From Thermoplasmatota archaeon (GTDB lineage: Archaea > Thermoplasmatota > Thermoplasmata > UBA10834): a stretch of DNA of 64,000 nucleotides. Below the pieces are notes generated by a model. It saw only the letters and a program-made list of their open reading frames with translations, was not told where the DNA came from and ran no database searches. Below, piece by piece: positions 20,167 to 29,390 of this stretch (positions within the stretch are counted from its first letter, which is position 1; each line of letters opens with the position of its first letter). A program made the position numbers and the translations under genes. The stretch lies in contig JBFMHR010000001.1 of assembly GCA_040751795.1 (NCBI GenBank), positions 64,001 through 128,000 on the forward strand. Direction: 5' to 3'.

Positions 20167-20956
20167 GCAGCTCCTCGTGCTCCTCGCGCGAGATCATGAA
20201 CGTCTTCCTGAGCATCTTCAGTATGTCGTCCTCCGGTCCAGAGATCTTCCCGTCGGTCAGGGCCACCTCGAGCACGCCGCGGTAGATCCTGAGGAACTCC
20301 ATGTGGTCCTGCGCCACCTTCTTCAGTATCTCGCCCTCGAGCAGCTGGTGCTGCGACTCCGATATCTGGAGGTGCTTCCTGAGCTCCTCGATCAGGAACC
20401 GCTCCGTGGCCGTGACCTGGCCGTCCCTCCAGGCGGTCTGGAGGGCACGCTTGTAGATGTCCGAGGAGCGCTCCTTCGCCTCGAGGGCCTCGCGCTTCTT
20501 CGCGTCGACGCTCAGCAGGTCGGGGAGGGTCAGCTCGCCCTTCGCGATGGCCTCCCTGACGATGTCGCAGTAGGTGATCCTCACAGGGGTCGCGTCGTCG
20601 ACCTCGCTGACCTTCATCCTCCGGGTGCGTCCATTGTCCCTTACCTCCACCTCGGTGTCGCCCACCCGGTCGCGTATGTCGCAGGCCTTCGAGTAACCCG
20701 CAGAGGAGAGGTAGTAGCCGTTCATCCGCTGCTTCATGCCCTGTATGTGGGCCTTCCTCTCGACGATCAGGTTCTCCTTCATCAGATCGTCCAGGTACTT
20801 CGACAGGTGCTTCCTCTGCACCCCGGTGCAGTAGGAGATCGTCTCCTGTATGAGGTCGGAGGGGAGCTCGAACCTGTCCTCCATGTGGCGGAAGTCCACG
20901 AGGTACAGAAGGATCCGCTCCTTGCTGGTCAGAGAAATGATGTCATCTATTGGCAT
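20081..20956 (-). CDS. Winged-HTH protein with two C-terminal TerB-like helical repeats
   Basis: N-terminal wHTH (ERILLYL...QETIS...VQRKHLSKYLDDL...YYLSSAG); repeats YKRALQTAWRDGQVTATE..L and YRGVLEVALTDGKISGPE..L. Confidence 0.65.
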   Translation of the reverse strand: MPIDDIISLTSKERILLYLVDFRHMEDRFELPSDLIQETISYCTGVQRKHLSKYLDDLMKENLIVERKAHIQGMKQRMNGYYLSSAGYSKACDIRDRVGDTEVEVRDNGRTRRMKVSEVDDATPVRITYCDIVREAIAKGELTLPDLLSVDAKKREALEAKERSSDIYKRALQTAWRDGQVTATERFLIEELRKHLQISESQHQLLEGEILKKVAQDHMEFLRIYRGVLEVALTDGKISGPEDDILKMLRKTFMISREEHEELLTEVESYMCGPPGCKDRDAVARPAQPSS

Positions 20957-21064
20957 GGATGCCGTAATCTCACTATCTTATATATGCGCCTTGCTGAGGT
21001 TCCTGCAGCCATCCTCGGAAAGAGTTAAGGCGCAGGGGCTGGATAACCGGAACGGGATGATGGG

Positions 21065-21157
21065 TTGATAGACAAGAGGGCGTTGCTCTTCCTGTTCATT
21101 GTTCTCATGGCCGCCTTCGGGGCGATCGCGCTCATCATATTGATCTCAGGGAGCTGA
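21065..21157 (+). CDS. Putative 30-aa single-TM membrane peptide
   Basis: TTG-initiated MIDKRALLFLFIVLMAAFGAIALIILISGS; below the ORF-track cutoff. Confidence 0.5.
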   Translation: MIDKRALLFLFIVLMAAFGAIALIILISGS

Positions 21158-21462
21158 GGCGGCGGCAAGGGCTCCTCCCTTAGGTTGGGGCGAAGGGCCC
21201 GCGCACCTCCGAAATCGGCGCGCCGGCTTCGATTCTCGTCGCTGAGACCATTTAAATAAGACACATTATATACCTACTTTGAATATTTCATATTGTATAT
21301 ATTCCGACATATGCCCTAGGGCGTCCAGATTCGAATGGAAGCCGTCCGAACACCGACATGACGCGCCGATTCTGTCACAATATCGATGTTAATATAATTA
21401 CATGGATATCTCCAAGTTGGTAACGGGGAAACCATATAATACGCCGTGGGCTTAGGACAGTC

Positions 21463-21595
21463 CGACGAGCATGGAAGCGCACAAATCCGGCCCATCGGAT
21501 TCTTCCGCCAAGGAAGGGCTACCGCGCAGACCATGCTAGGTTCCGCCGAAGTCCGATGGGATGCCGGGCCGGTGGAACTGTCGCAACAGGAGGTG
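21463..21595 (+). ncRNA. Putative structured RNA leader with loop-loop/pseudoknot pairing
   Basis: Downstream of BRE/TATA-like GGGGAAACCATATAAT (21425-21440); several complementary segments (see findings); ends in SD AGGAGGTG. Confidence 0.5.
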
Positions 21596-21603
21596 CAGAT
21601 GTG

Positions 21604-21729
21604 ATGAGACAGGCAGGCGTTTGGAGCACGATCAAGCAGGTCCAGCTTGAGAGGCAGCTCCTCTGGGTCCCCAGGACGCAGAGGGCGAAGCTCAGAGCCT
21701 ACGTCGCTGGCAGCAAGTTCAACGAGTGA
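21604..21729 (+). CDS. Unannotated 41-aa basic small protein
   Basis: Strong SD AGGAGGTG, then MRQAGVWSTIKQVQLERQLLWVPRTQRAKLRAYVAGSKFNE with GC3-rich codons, followed by a pyrimidine/T tract. Confidence 0.65.
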   Translation: MRQAGVWSTIKQVQLERQLLWVPRTQRAKLRAYVAGSKFNE

Positions 21730-21783
21730 GCTTCAAACCCCTTCACACCTGTTTTTCCGGTTCGTTGGATGGACAGGGGCGGG

Positions 21784-23118
21784 TCACACCCCGACCCTGT
21801 TCCTCTGGCGCCTGAACCAGTCCTTCATGAGCCCGCGGAGCGTGGCCGGGTATTTGACCGGGTCCTCCAGCTTGAAGAACCATAGCGCGCAGGCGGCCCT
21901 ACCGAAGGCGGATATCGCGTAGACCGCCCCGAGGGCCAGGACGAGGTCCTGGGCGTAGAAGTCGAGGAAGAAGACCGCGAGGTACCCCCCGAGCACCGAC
22001 CCGACGAAGGTCGCTATCCCGATGAGGGTGTTGTAGACGGCGAAGTACTCCCCCTTCTTCTCCGCCGGGGCGACGTCCAGGACGTACGCGAAGAAGGCGA
22101 CGTTGGCCATCGCGGTGGCGAACCCGAGCGCCGCGTTGAGGACGTAGATGTGCCACACCTCGGTCGCGAGCGCGTACACGATGGGCACGGAGATGAAGGC
22201 GAACCTGGAGATAAGGATCTGGGGCATCGGCCCTATGACGTCCAGGAGCCTGCCGACCTTGGTCTGGAAGAAGAGCGCGGCCCCGGTCGATATGACGGTC
22301 ATCACGGCGATCTCGAAAAGGGTCGCCTCCAGGACGTCGATGTATGTCAGGTACAGCAGCGGCCATATCAGCGACATGATGAAGTTGAACACGGACTGCA
22401 GGACCACCAGGTTCCTGAAGTACAGGTTCTCGGTCAGGTCTGATATGAATATGAACGACCTCAGGCCGAAGGCGAATATGGTCTTGGGCGAGGCGTAGAC
22501 CCTCCTCTTCTCCTCCCTGACCCTGAGCAGGAGGATGGAGCCGGCTATCCCGCTGGCGCCCGCTATGAAGAAGGGAATCGAGTAGATGGCGAAGGCGCTC
22601 CCACCCTCGGGCATGATGTAGCCCGCGAGCATCGTGGCGATGAGGCTGGCCACCGAGGAGACGGCGAAGAACCTCCCCATGATCGCCCCCCTGTTCTTGG
22701 GGGTCGTGACGTCCCCGACGAGGGCGGACCAGGTGGGGATCATCATGGAGCCGATGAACATCTGCAGGGCGACCATGAGGATGAGCTGGCCGGCGCTCAT
22801 GGCCCCCAACATGAAGAAGTACATCGCGAAGGAGAGGACGCCGCCGACCATCAGGAACGGGATCCTCCTGCCTAGGAAGTCGCTCAGCTTCCCCCAGGGG
22901 ACCTGCATGACGGTGGGGAAGAGGTTGACGAACGCCTGGAGCCAGCCCAGCTGCGCTGGGGTGGCCGCGAGGTGTATGGCGAGGGCCGGGACGAACGGGT
23001 CCGCCATGCCCTTGCCGAAGTTGACCGCCGCCTGGTTGGCGTACATGGACGAGAAGGGGTCAGCGCTGCCGCTCTCCCTCACGTCTGGCCTGCGCGGCGG
23101 CTCTCTAGGCAAGGGCAC
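21784..23118 (-). CDS. MFS transporter
   Basis: About 12 TM; motif A WGKLSDFLGRR and VGRLLDVIGP. Confidence 0.9.
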   Translation of the reverse strand: MPLPREPPRRPDVRESGSADPFSSMYANQAAVNFGKGMADPFVPALAIHLAATPAQLGWLQAFVNLFPTVMQVPWGKLSDFLGRRIPFLMVGGVLSFAMYFFMLGAMSAGQLILMVALQMFIGSMMIPTWSALVGDVTTPKNRGAIMGRFFAVSSVASLIATMLAGYIMPEGGSAFAIYSIPFFIAGASGIAGSILLLRVREEKRRVYASPKTIFAFGLRSFIFISDLTENLYFRNLVVLQSVFNFIMSLIWPLLYLTYIDVLEATLFEIAVMTVISTGAALFFQTKVGRLLDVIGPMPQILISRFAFISVPIVYALATEVWHIYVLNAALGFATAMANVAFFAYVLDVAPAEKKGEYFAVYNTLIGIATFVGSVLGGYLAVFFLDFYAQDLVLALGAVYAISAFGRAACALWFFKLEDPVKYPATLRGLMKDWFRRQRNRVGV

Positions 23119-23276
23119 CCCATCCGATGACCGGAATCAGTCCCACCATGTATATCATACTTGGCAATGGGAGGGGCTCCAGGCCTCCCTGGAGGGGGGC
23201 GAGGGGGGTGGGCCGCTCGGCGCCAATCAATAAGGCTTTATATCAACACGAGGCGATACAGGGAATGGTGGGATAC

Positions 23277-23417
23277 TTGGTCAAGGCCTACTGTGTCAAG
23301 TGCAAGAAGTCTATTGAGATGAAGGACGCGAAGAAGGTCAAGCTGAAGAACGGGAAGCCAGCGACGAAGGGCGTCTGCCCGAAGTGCGGCACGAAGGTCT
23401 TCAGGATCGGCGAGTGA
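23277..23417 (+). CDS. Small basic Zn-ribbon protein (DUF5679-like)
   Basis: AYCVKCKK..EMKD.....LKNGKPATKGVCPKCGTKVFRI; TATA-like TTTATAT upstream. Confidence 0.82.
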   Translation: MVKAYCVKCKKSIEMKDAKKVKLKNGKPATKGVCPKCGTKVFRIGE

Positions 23418-23464
23418 CCTCAAACCTTTCCCTCTTCCGGGGATGACGCCTCTCGGCTCTGGCC

Positions 23465-24898
23465 TCAGCGGCCATCGGCCGGGGTCGGGGCCCCAAGCCT
23501 GTTTATTTTATGCTTCTCCAGGTAGCGTCCCCTCTCGACCAGCGCCGCGACCGCCCTGACGGCCCTGAAGATCGTCGGGTATGAAGGGACCCTGCTCCCC
23601 TCCAGCGCGGCGAGCGCCTGGCGCATGTCCTCCCCGCCGAACGCGCTGACAACGATCGGCACAGGGCTGGCCTCCCGCCTCCTCACGGCGACGTCGACGA
23701 GCCCGCGGGTGACATTCGGGGGCTGCAGCTCGAGGGACATCATTATGCAGTCCACCCCGGGGTCGGACTGGAGGACCTCCAGGACCGACTCGTACATCCC
23801 GTCCGTGACGCCCGCGGTCAGGTCGACCGGGTTCCTCACGGACGAGAACGCCGGCACTATGGACGAGAGCCTCTCCATGGTCGACGGGGAGAGTTCCGCC
23901 ATGCGGAGCCCGAAGCCGTGGTCCGTGGACTCGATGTAGTCCGTGGCTATCACGCCGAACCCGCCCGCGCTCGCGACGACGCACACCCTGTCGCCCTTGG
24001 CGTGCCCCAGGTAGGCCAAGGCCCTCGAGAGGTCGACCATCTCCTCCTCGTCGTACGCCCTCACGGCCCCCGACTGCCTCAGGGCGCCGTCGACGAGGCC
24101 GTCCGAGGACGACGCCAGCGCGCCCGTGTGGGAGCTGGCCGCCCTGGCCCCGGCCGCCGACCTCCCCGATTTCAGGACCACGACCGGCTTGCCGAGGGAA
24201 GCGCGCGCCGCGGACTCCATGAACCTCCTGCCGTCCGAGAAGGACTCGAGGTACATGGATATGCAGCCGGTCGCGGGGTCCGCGGCGAAGTGCTCCAGGA
24301 GCTCGCACTCCTCTATGTCGGCCTTGTTGCCTATGCACACGCACGCGGAGACGCCCATGCCGGACCTCTCCGCCTTCTCGAGGAAGGCGATTGCGACGGC
24401 GCCGCTCTGGGACACCATGGCCACGTCCCCCTCAGGGGGACGGGGGCTCCTCTCCGCCGGGATGAGGAGGGTGTCGAGCCCGCGCCCTGGTGCGAACACG
24501 CCCATGGTGTTGGGCCCCAGCAGTCGGGTCGCGGTCCCCCGGAAGACCGACACGAGCCTGTCCTGTAGCTCCTTCCCCGCAGGCCCGCTCTCCGCGAAGC
24601 CGGAGGAGGTGACAATCACGGCCCCGACCCCCTTGCGGACGCACTCCTCGGCCGCCCCCAGGGCGGCCTCGGCCGGCAGCGCCACCAGTGCGAGGTCCAC
24701 GTCACCGTCGATCGCTGACACGGACGGGAAGCACCGATGGCCGAGGATCTGCTCCTCCTTCGGGTTGACCGGGATGACCCTGATCCCGCCCCTGGAGAGA
24801 TTCCGCAGGACGACGTTGCTGATCTTGGCTGGGTTCGCGGAGGCGCCCACAACAGCGACCGACCTCGGCCTGAGCAGCGCGTCGAGTCCCCGGCTCAT
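23465..24898 (-). CDS. acdA: Acyl-CoA synthetase (ADP-forming) alpha-subunit-like CoA-binding protein
   Basis: PRSVAVVGAS, LLGPNTMG, SQSGA, GNKAD, SSHTGALA (phospho-His), NPVDLT. Confidence 0.88.
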   Translation of the reverse strand: MSRGLDALLRPRSVAVVGASANPAKISNVVLRNLSRGGIRVIPVNPKEEQILGHRCFPSVSAIDGDVDLALVALPAEAALGAAEECVRKGVGAVIVTSSGFAESGPAGKELQDRLVSVFRGTATRLLGPNTMGVFAPGRGLDTLLIPAERSPRPPEGDVAMVSQSGAVAIAFLEKAERSGMGVSACVCIGNKADIEECELLEHFAADPATGCISMYLESFSDGRRFMESAARASLGKPVVVLKSGRSAAGARAASSHTGALASSSDGLVDGALRQSGAVRAYDEEEMVDLSRALAYLGHAKGDRVCVVASAGGFGVIATDYIESTDHGFGLRMAELSPSTMERLSSIVPAFSSVRNPVDLTAGVTDGMYESVLEVLQSDPGVDCIMMSLELQPPNVTRGLVDVAVRRREASPVPIVVSAFGGEDMRQALAALEGSRVPSYPTIFRAVRAVAALVERGRYLEKHKINRLGAPTPADGR

Positions 24899-25038
24899 GC
24901 GGCTCGGATTGACTTCTCCCTCTATTAGCTTATCACACGTGCCAGGGGACGGGTAGCTGGCAGCTGACAAACGGGGCGAAGAACTTACTTATACGGTCAA
25001 GGACATAACGGAGCTATTCGACCTCTGGTGGGGAAGCG

Positions 25039-25455
25039 GTGGAGGCCATGGAACTAAGGGACATCATCAGCGGATCGGTGCCAGTGAAGGTCAGATCGGA
25101 CGCGACGGTCGCAGACGCCCTCGTGGCCATGATGGAGAACAAGACGGACTATGTCCTCGTCGACAGGACGGGGCCGGACGACGCGTACGGCATCATCACC
25201 AGGTGGGACATAGTCGAGAAGGCCATCGCCGAGGGCGAGGACATCAAGAAGATGCCCGCGGCCGACGTCGCCAGGAGGCCGCTCGTCACCACGAACAACA
25301 TGGACCTCGACATCAGGTGGGTCGCCAAGAAGATGGCGGACGAGGGCGTCTCGAAGCTGGCGGTCTTCGACAGGGAGAACTTCCTCGGGTTCGTATCCGA
25401 CATGGACATACTGAAGGCGGTCGTCGGCAGGCACAAGAAGGGGGCGGGGCAATGA
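25039..25455 (+). CDS. CBS-domain pair protein
   Basis: ATVADAL..M, YGIITRWDI, GFVSDMDIL. Confidence 0.88.
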   Translation: MEAMELRDIISGSVPVKVRSDATVADALVAMMENKTDYVLVDRTGPDDAYGIITRWDIVEKAIAEGEDIKKMPAADVARRPLVTTNNMDLDIRWVAKKMADEGVSKLAVFDRENFLGFVSDMDILKAVVGRHKKGAGQ

Positions 25456-25898
25456 CGCCGACCAAGCTCACCCTCAGGGACGTCGTCAAGACCTTCGAGC
25501 TCCCGACCATCGACAGGGCGGAGAGCGCGGAGAAGGCGGTCCTGAAGATGGTCGACGAGAACTGCGGCGCCCTCCTGGTGCCCAGGAAGAACAAGAACGA
25601 CGCGTACGGCATAGTGACCAAGAAGGACATCCTCGCCAAGGTCGTCGCGCAGGGGAAGGACGTCTCCAAGGTCAAGGTGGAGGACATCATGTCCCGGCCC
25701 CTGGTCATCCTGACCAACCTCTCGCTGGACATAAGGTGGGTTGCCAAGTCCATGGCCAACTCTGGCGTCTCCACTATAGCCGTGTTCGACAGGGGCGACT
25801 TCTACGGCTACGCGACGGAGTCCTGCATCATCGAGGGCGTGTACAACGCCATGCGCAGGGCGAGGCTCGAAGAGGGAGTGGACTTCGTGTCCTGCTGA
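25452..25898 (+). CDS. CBS-domain pair protein (tandem paralog)
   Basis: ATGA overlap; shares DAYGI.T..DI and PLV..N..LDIRWVAK.MA..GVS..AVFDR with the upstream CBS gene. Confidence 0.88.
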   Translation: MTPTKLTLRDVVKTFELPTIDRAESAEKAVLKMVDENCGALLVPRKNKNDAYGIVTKKDILAKVVAQGKDVSKVKVEDIMSRPLVILTNLSLDIRWVAKSMANSGVSTIAVFDRGDFYGYATESCIIEGVYNAMRRARLEEGVDFVSC

Positions 25899-25927
25899 GC
25901 GCGGGACGGTTCTCGGAGGGGTCTCAC

Positions 25928-27700
25928 ATGGGCGACGGGGCAGGGGTTCAGGGCCAGCGGAAGGGCGTGGCGGTCTACCTGTGCGGGTGCAGGGGGGAGA
26001 TCTCCAAGAAGGTCGACCTCGACGCGCTCGCCGAGGAGCTCGCGAAGGTACCCGGGGTGGCCTCCGTCGGGGTCCACGAGGCGCTCTGCTCCAGGGAGGG
26101 GCAGGAGCACCTGAAGAGGGAGTACGGGCAGAAGGGCTTCGAGAGGGTGGCGGTGGGCGCCTGCTCCCCCAACATACAGGGCCTGATCATCAGCAAGTCC
26201 CTCGAGGAGGAGGGGATGAACAAGTACCTGTTCGACCAGGTCAACATACGCGAGCAGTGCGCGTGGGTCCACGCGGACAGGGCGGCCGCCACCGAAAAGG
26301 CTCTCAGCCTCGTCAGGGGCGCGGTCGCGAAGGCCGAGATGCTCGTCCCCCTGGAGGACATAGAGGTCCCCATCCTCGGTTCCGCGCTCGTCATCGGCGG
26401 GGGCGTCACGGGCATGGCCGCGGCGCTGGACATAGCGGCCCAGGGATACAAGGTGCACCTGGTGGAGAGGACGGGGGAGCTCGGGGGGAGGGCGTACAAG
26501 CTCAGCATGACCTTCCCCACCCACAACTGCGGCATATGCTGCATGCAGTACTGCAAGGAGTGCGTGTTCACCCCGAAGGTCGAGGACGTCATCCAGAACC
26601 GCAACATCGAGGTCCTCCTCGACACCGAGGTGGAGGACATCACCGGGGGCTTCGGCAACAGGCACGTCAAGGTCAAGGGGAAGGACGGCCCCGTCAAGGA
26701 GTTCGACGTCGGGACGATCATAGTCGCGACCGGGACCAAGACCTTCGACCCGAAGCGGATTTCCGAGCTGAGGTACGAGCACCCGGACGTCATAACCACG
26801 GTCGAGCTCGAGCAGCTCCTTGTGGAACAGCGGGAGACGGGCGCAGGCCTGAGGAGGCCCTCCGACGGCAAGAGGCCCAAGACCGTCAACTTCATCCAGT
26901 GCGTCGGCTCGAGGGACAAGCAGAAGGGCAACCTGCACTGCTCCCTCGTCTGCTGCACCTACGCCATAGGCCAGGCGAGGGAGATCGTGAAGCTCGACCC
27001 GGACGCGCACGTCTACATCCACTACATCGACCTCAGGGGGCCCTACAGGGGCTTCGAGGAGTTCTACGACGCCGCCAAGGAGGAGGGCATCAACTTCGTG
27101 AGGGGGAGGATCTCGGAGATCGTCCTCGACAAGGGCAAGATGTACGTGAGGGCCCTGGACACGGACTCCGACACCCTGCTCAACATCGACTCGGACCTCG
27201 TCGTGCTCTCCGTGGGGCAGGAGCCCTCGGACGGGAGCGACCGGATAGCCAAGATGCTCCACATCCAGACGGACATAGACCGCTTCATGAAGGACATCAA
27301 CCCGATGTTCCCCTCGGAGTTCAGGAGGGGCATATACGTGGCGGGGACCGCCCAGGGGCCGAAGGGGATCAGGTACTCCATCGAGGACGCGAGGGCCGCC
27401 GCCGCCAGCGCGGTCGAGGTGATGAAGCGCGGGAAGGTCAGGTTCCCCAGGATCGTCGCGAACGTCGACGAGGCCAGGTGCAGGGGGTGCGGCCGCTGCG
27501 AGGAGATATGCGAGTACGGCGCCATCGCCGTCGTCGAGGACAGGCAGCGCGGGGTGCTGGTCTCCAAGGTGGACGAGATACGCTGCGAGGGGTGCGGCAC
27601 CTGCGCGGTCGTGTGCTGCAACAAGGCCATCTCGGTGTACAACTTCCTCAGGGGGCAGGTCGAGGCGCAGGTCAGGGCCATAGTGCAGGAGGAGGCCTGA
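25928..27700 (+). CDS. hdrA: Heterodisulfide reductase subunit A-like flavoprotein (variant)
   Basis: YLCGCRGEI, GACSP, NIREQCAWVH, GGGVTG, QCVGSRD...CSLVCC, C-terminal CRGCGRC/CEGCGTC ferredoxin. Confidence 0.9.
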   Translation: MGDGAGVQGQRKGVAVYLCGCRGEISKKVDLDALAEELAKVPGVASVGVHEALCSREGQEHLKREYGQKGFERVAVGACSPNIQGLIISKSLEEEGMNKYLFDQVNIREQCAWVHADRAAATEKALSLVRGAVAKAEMLVPLEDIEVPILGSALVIGGGVTGMAAALDIAAQGYKVHLVERTGELGGRAYKLSMTFPTHNCGICCMQYCKECVFTPKVEDVIQNRNIEVLLDTEVEDITGGFGNRHVKVKGKDGPVKEFDVGTIIVATGTKTFDPKRISELRYEHPDVITTVELEQLLVEQRETGAGLRRPSDGKRPKTVNFIQCVGSRDKQKGNLHCSLVCCTYAIGQAREIVKLDPDAHVYIHYIDLRGPYRGFEEFYDAAKEEGINFVRGRISEIVLDKGKMYVRALDTDSDTLLNIDSDLVVLSVGQEPSDGSDRIAKMLHIQTDIDRFMKDINPMFPSEFRRGIYVAGTAQGPKGIRYSIEDARAAAASAVEVMKRGKVRFPRIVANVDEARCRGCGRCEEICEYGAIAVVEDRQRGVLVSKVDEIRCEGCGTCAVVCCNKAISVYNFLRGQVEAQVRAIVQEEA

Positions 27701-27701
27701 C

Positions 27702-29351
27702 ATGCCCGAGGACAGGTTCGAGCCCAAGATAGTCGCATTCACATGCACGTGGTGCGGCTACCCGTCGGCCAACCTCGCGGGGGTGAACAAGATACAGTAT
27801 CCGCCCAACGTGAGGATCGTGAGGGTGATGTGCAGCGGCAGCGTCGAACCGTCCGTCATCATGGACGCCTTCGAGCACGGCGCGGACGGGGTCGCGGTCA
27901 TAGGCTGCCTGATGGACAACTGCCACTACGTGTCGGGGAACAAGAAGGCCCAGGAGAGGGTCGACGCCCTGAAGGAGCTCTTCGACATCATGGGCCTGGA
28001 CTCCAGGCGGCTCAGGACTGAGTGGATCAACGCCTCGGAGAGGACGAGGTTCGCGAAATCCGTGACCGATTTCGTCGAGGAGGTCCGGGCGCTCGGGCCC
28101 CTGCCCATCCCGAAGAGGGAGGGGCCCAGGGCGCCGAAGTCGAAGGAGCAGACCGTGGCTTCGGTCAAGAGGATCATCGAGGACACGGGCGCGTTCGACT
28201 GCGTGGAGTGCGGGAAGTGCACCACCGTGTGCCCCGTCGCCAAGTTCGACACCGAGTTCGCGCCGAGGGCGATAGTCCTCAGGGCCATGGAGGGGATAGT
28301 CGAGAACATCTCCACGGACAGGGACATATGGACCTGCGTCACCTGCGAGCAGTGCAACGCCATGTGCCCTTACAAGGTCGACTACTCCGGGTTCATCAGG
28401 GGGATGAGGGAGGAGGCGGCCGCCTCCGGGGCCGCCCCGATATGTTCGAAGGGGGGCATCATACACGCCGCCCAGCGCATGATGGCCAACGCGGACCTCA
28501 AGCAGGACCGGCTCCGCTGGGTCTCCGGGGACATGAAGGTGGCCGACAAGGGCGACGTGTTCTACTTCGTTGGCTGCCTCCCGCACTACGACGCCATCTT
28601 CAGGGACCGGGAGGGCCTGAGCATGACCTCCATCTGCGGGAGCGCGGTGAGGCTCATGAACAAGGCGGGCGTCGTGCCGGTCGTGAGCAACGACGAGAAG
28701 TGCTGCGGCCACGACCTCAACTGGACGGGCGACGAGGAGGACTTCGAGAAGCTCATGGAGCACAACATCGACCTCATAAGGAGGTCGGGCGCGAAGAAGG
28801 TGGTCTTCACCTGCCCTGAGTGCTACAGGACCTTCAACATGGACTACGCGGACCTGACGGGGGAGCTCGGCTTCGAGGTCCAGCACATAGCCGACTACCT
28901 GAAGGAGCTCATCGACTCCGGGCAGCTGAAGGCGGACGCCTGCAAGGCCGGGGCATTCAAGTTCACCTACCACGACTCGTGCAGGCTCGGGAGGCACTCG
29001 GGCGTGTACGACAGCCCCAGGGCCCTCGCCGCCTCGATGGAGGGCTGCGAGTTCGTCGAGATGCCCAACACGAGGGACAAGGCAGTGTGCTGCGGGGTCG
29101 CGGCCTGGGCGAACTGCAACGCGAACGCGAAGAGGATGCAGGTCGACAGGGTCGTCGAGGCCAAGAAGGCCGGCGCCGACAGGATGCTCCTGTTCTGCCC
29201 CAAGTGCCAGATACACCTCAGGTGCGCCGTCCAGGACAAGGTCCACGTGGACAAGGCGATGGTCGACGTGGTGGTCGAGGACTTCACCGTGGCGATGGCC
29301 AGGATGATGGGCCTGCTGCCCGCCGACGAGAAGGCCGGGCAGAAATCGTGA
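27702..29351 (+). CDS. MvhD/FlpD-like [2Fe-2S] domain fused to HdrD-like (HdrC-type 2x[4Fe-4S] plus two CCG domains)
   Basis: FTCTWCGY...RVMCSG...GC...CHY; CVECGKCTTVCP, CVTCEQCNAMCP; GC..CCG..CPEC and HDSC..CCG..CPKC. Confidence 0.9.
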   Translation: MPEDRFEPKIVAFTCTWCGYPSANLAGVNKIQYPPNVRIVRVMCSGSVEPSVIMDAFEHGADGVAVIGCLMDNCHYVSGNKKAQERVDALKELFDIMGLDSRRLRTEWINASERTRFAKSVTDFVEEVRALGPLPIPKREGPRAPKSKEQTVASVKRIIEDTGAFDCVECGKCTTVCPVAKFDTEFAPRAIVLRAMEGIVENISTDRDIWTCVTCEQCNAMCPYKVDYSGFIRGMREEAAASGAAPICSKGGIIHAAQRMMANADLKQDRLRWVSGDMKVADKGDVFYFVGCLPHYDAIFRDREGLSMTSICGSAVRLMNKAGVVPVVSNDEKCCGHDLNWTGDEEDFEKLMEHNIDLIRRSGAKKVVFTCPECYRTFNMDYADLTGELGFEVQHIADYLKELIDSGQLKADACKAGAFKFTYHDSCRLGRHSGVYDSPRALAASMEGCEFVEMPNTRDKAVCCGVAAWANCNANAKRMQVDRVVEAKKAGADRMLLFCPKCQIHLRCAVQDKVHVDKAMVDVVVEDFTVAMARMMGLLPADEKAGQKS

Positions 29352-29390
29352 ATGAGAAACGGCGGAAGGGGTTTGGATCCTCCTGGCGGC

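Noticed and set aside
21463-21595. Lysine riboswitch, SRP RNA or RNase P RNA identity for the structured element
   Set aside because: Only short coincidental words (GCCGAA, ACTGTC) match; the diagnostic conserved cores and lengths do not fit.
25890-25930. Possible selenocysteine readthrough at the CBS gene ending SC-TGA upstream of hdrA
   Set aside because: Readthrough is out of frame with HdrA, all Hdr/Mvh Cys positions are normal Cys codons, and no SECIS was recognised.
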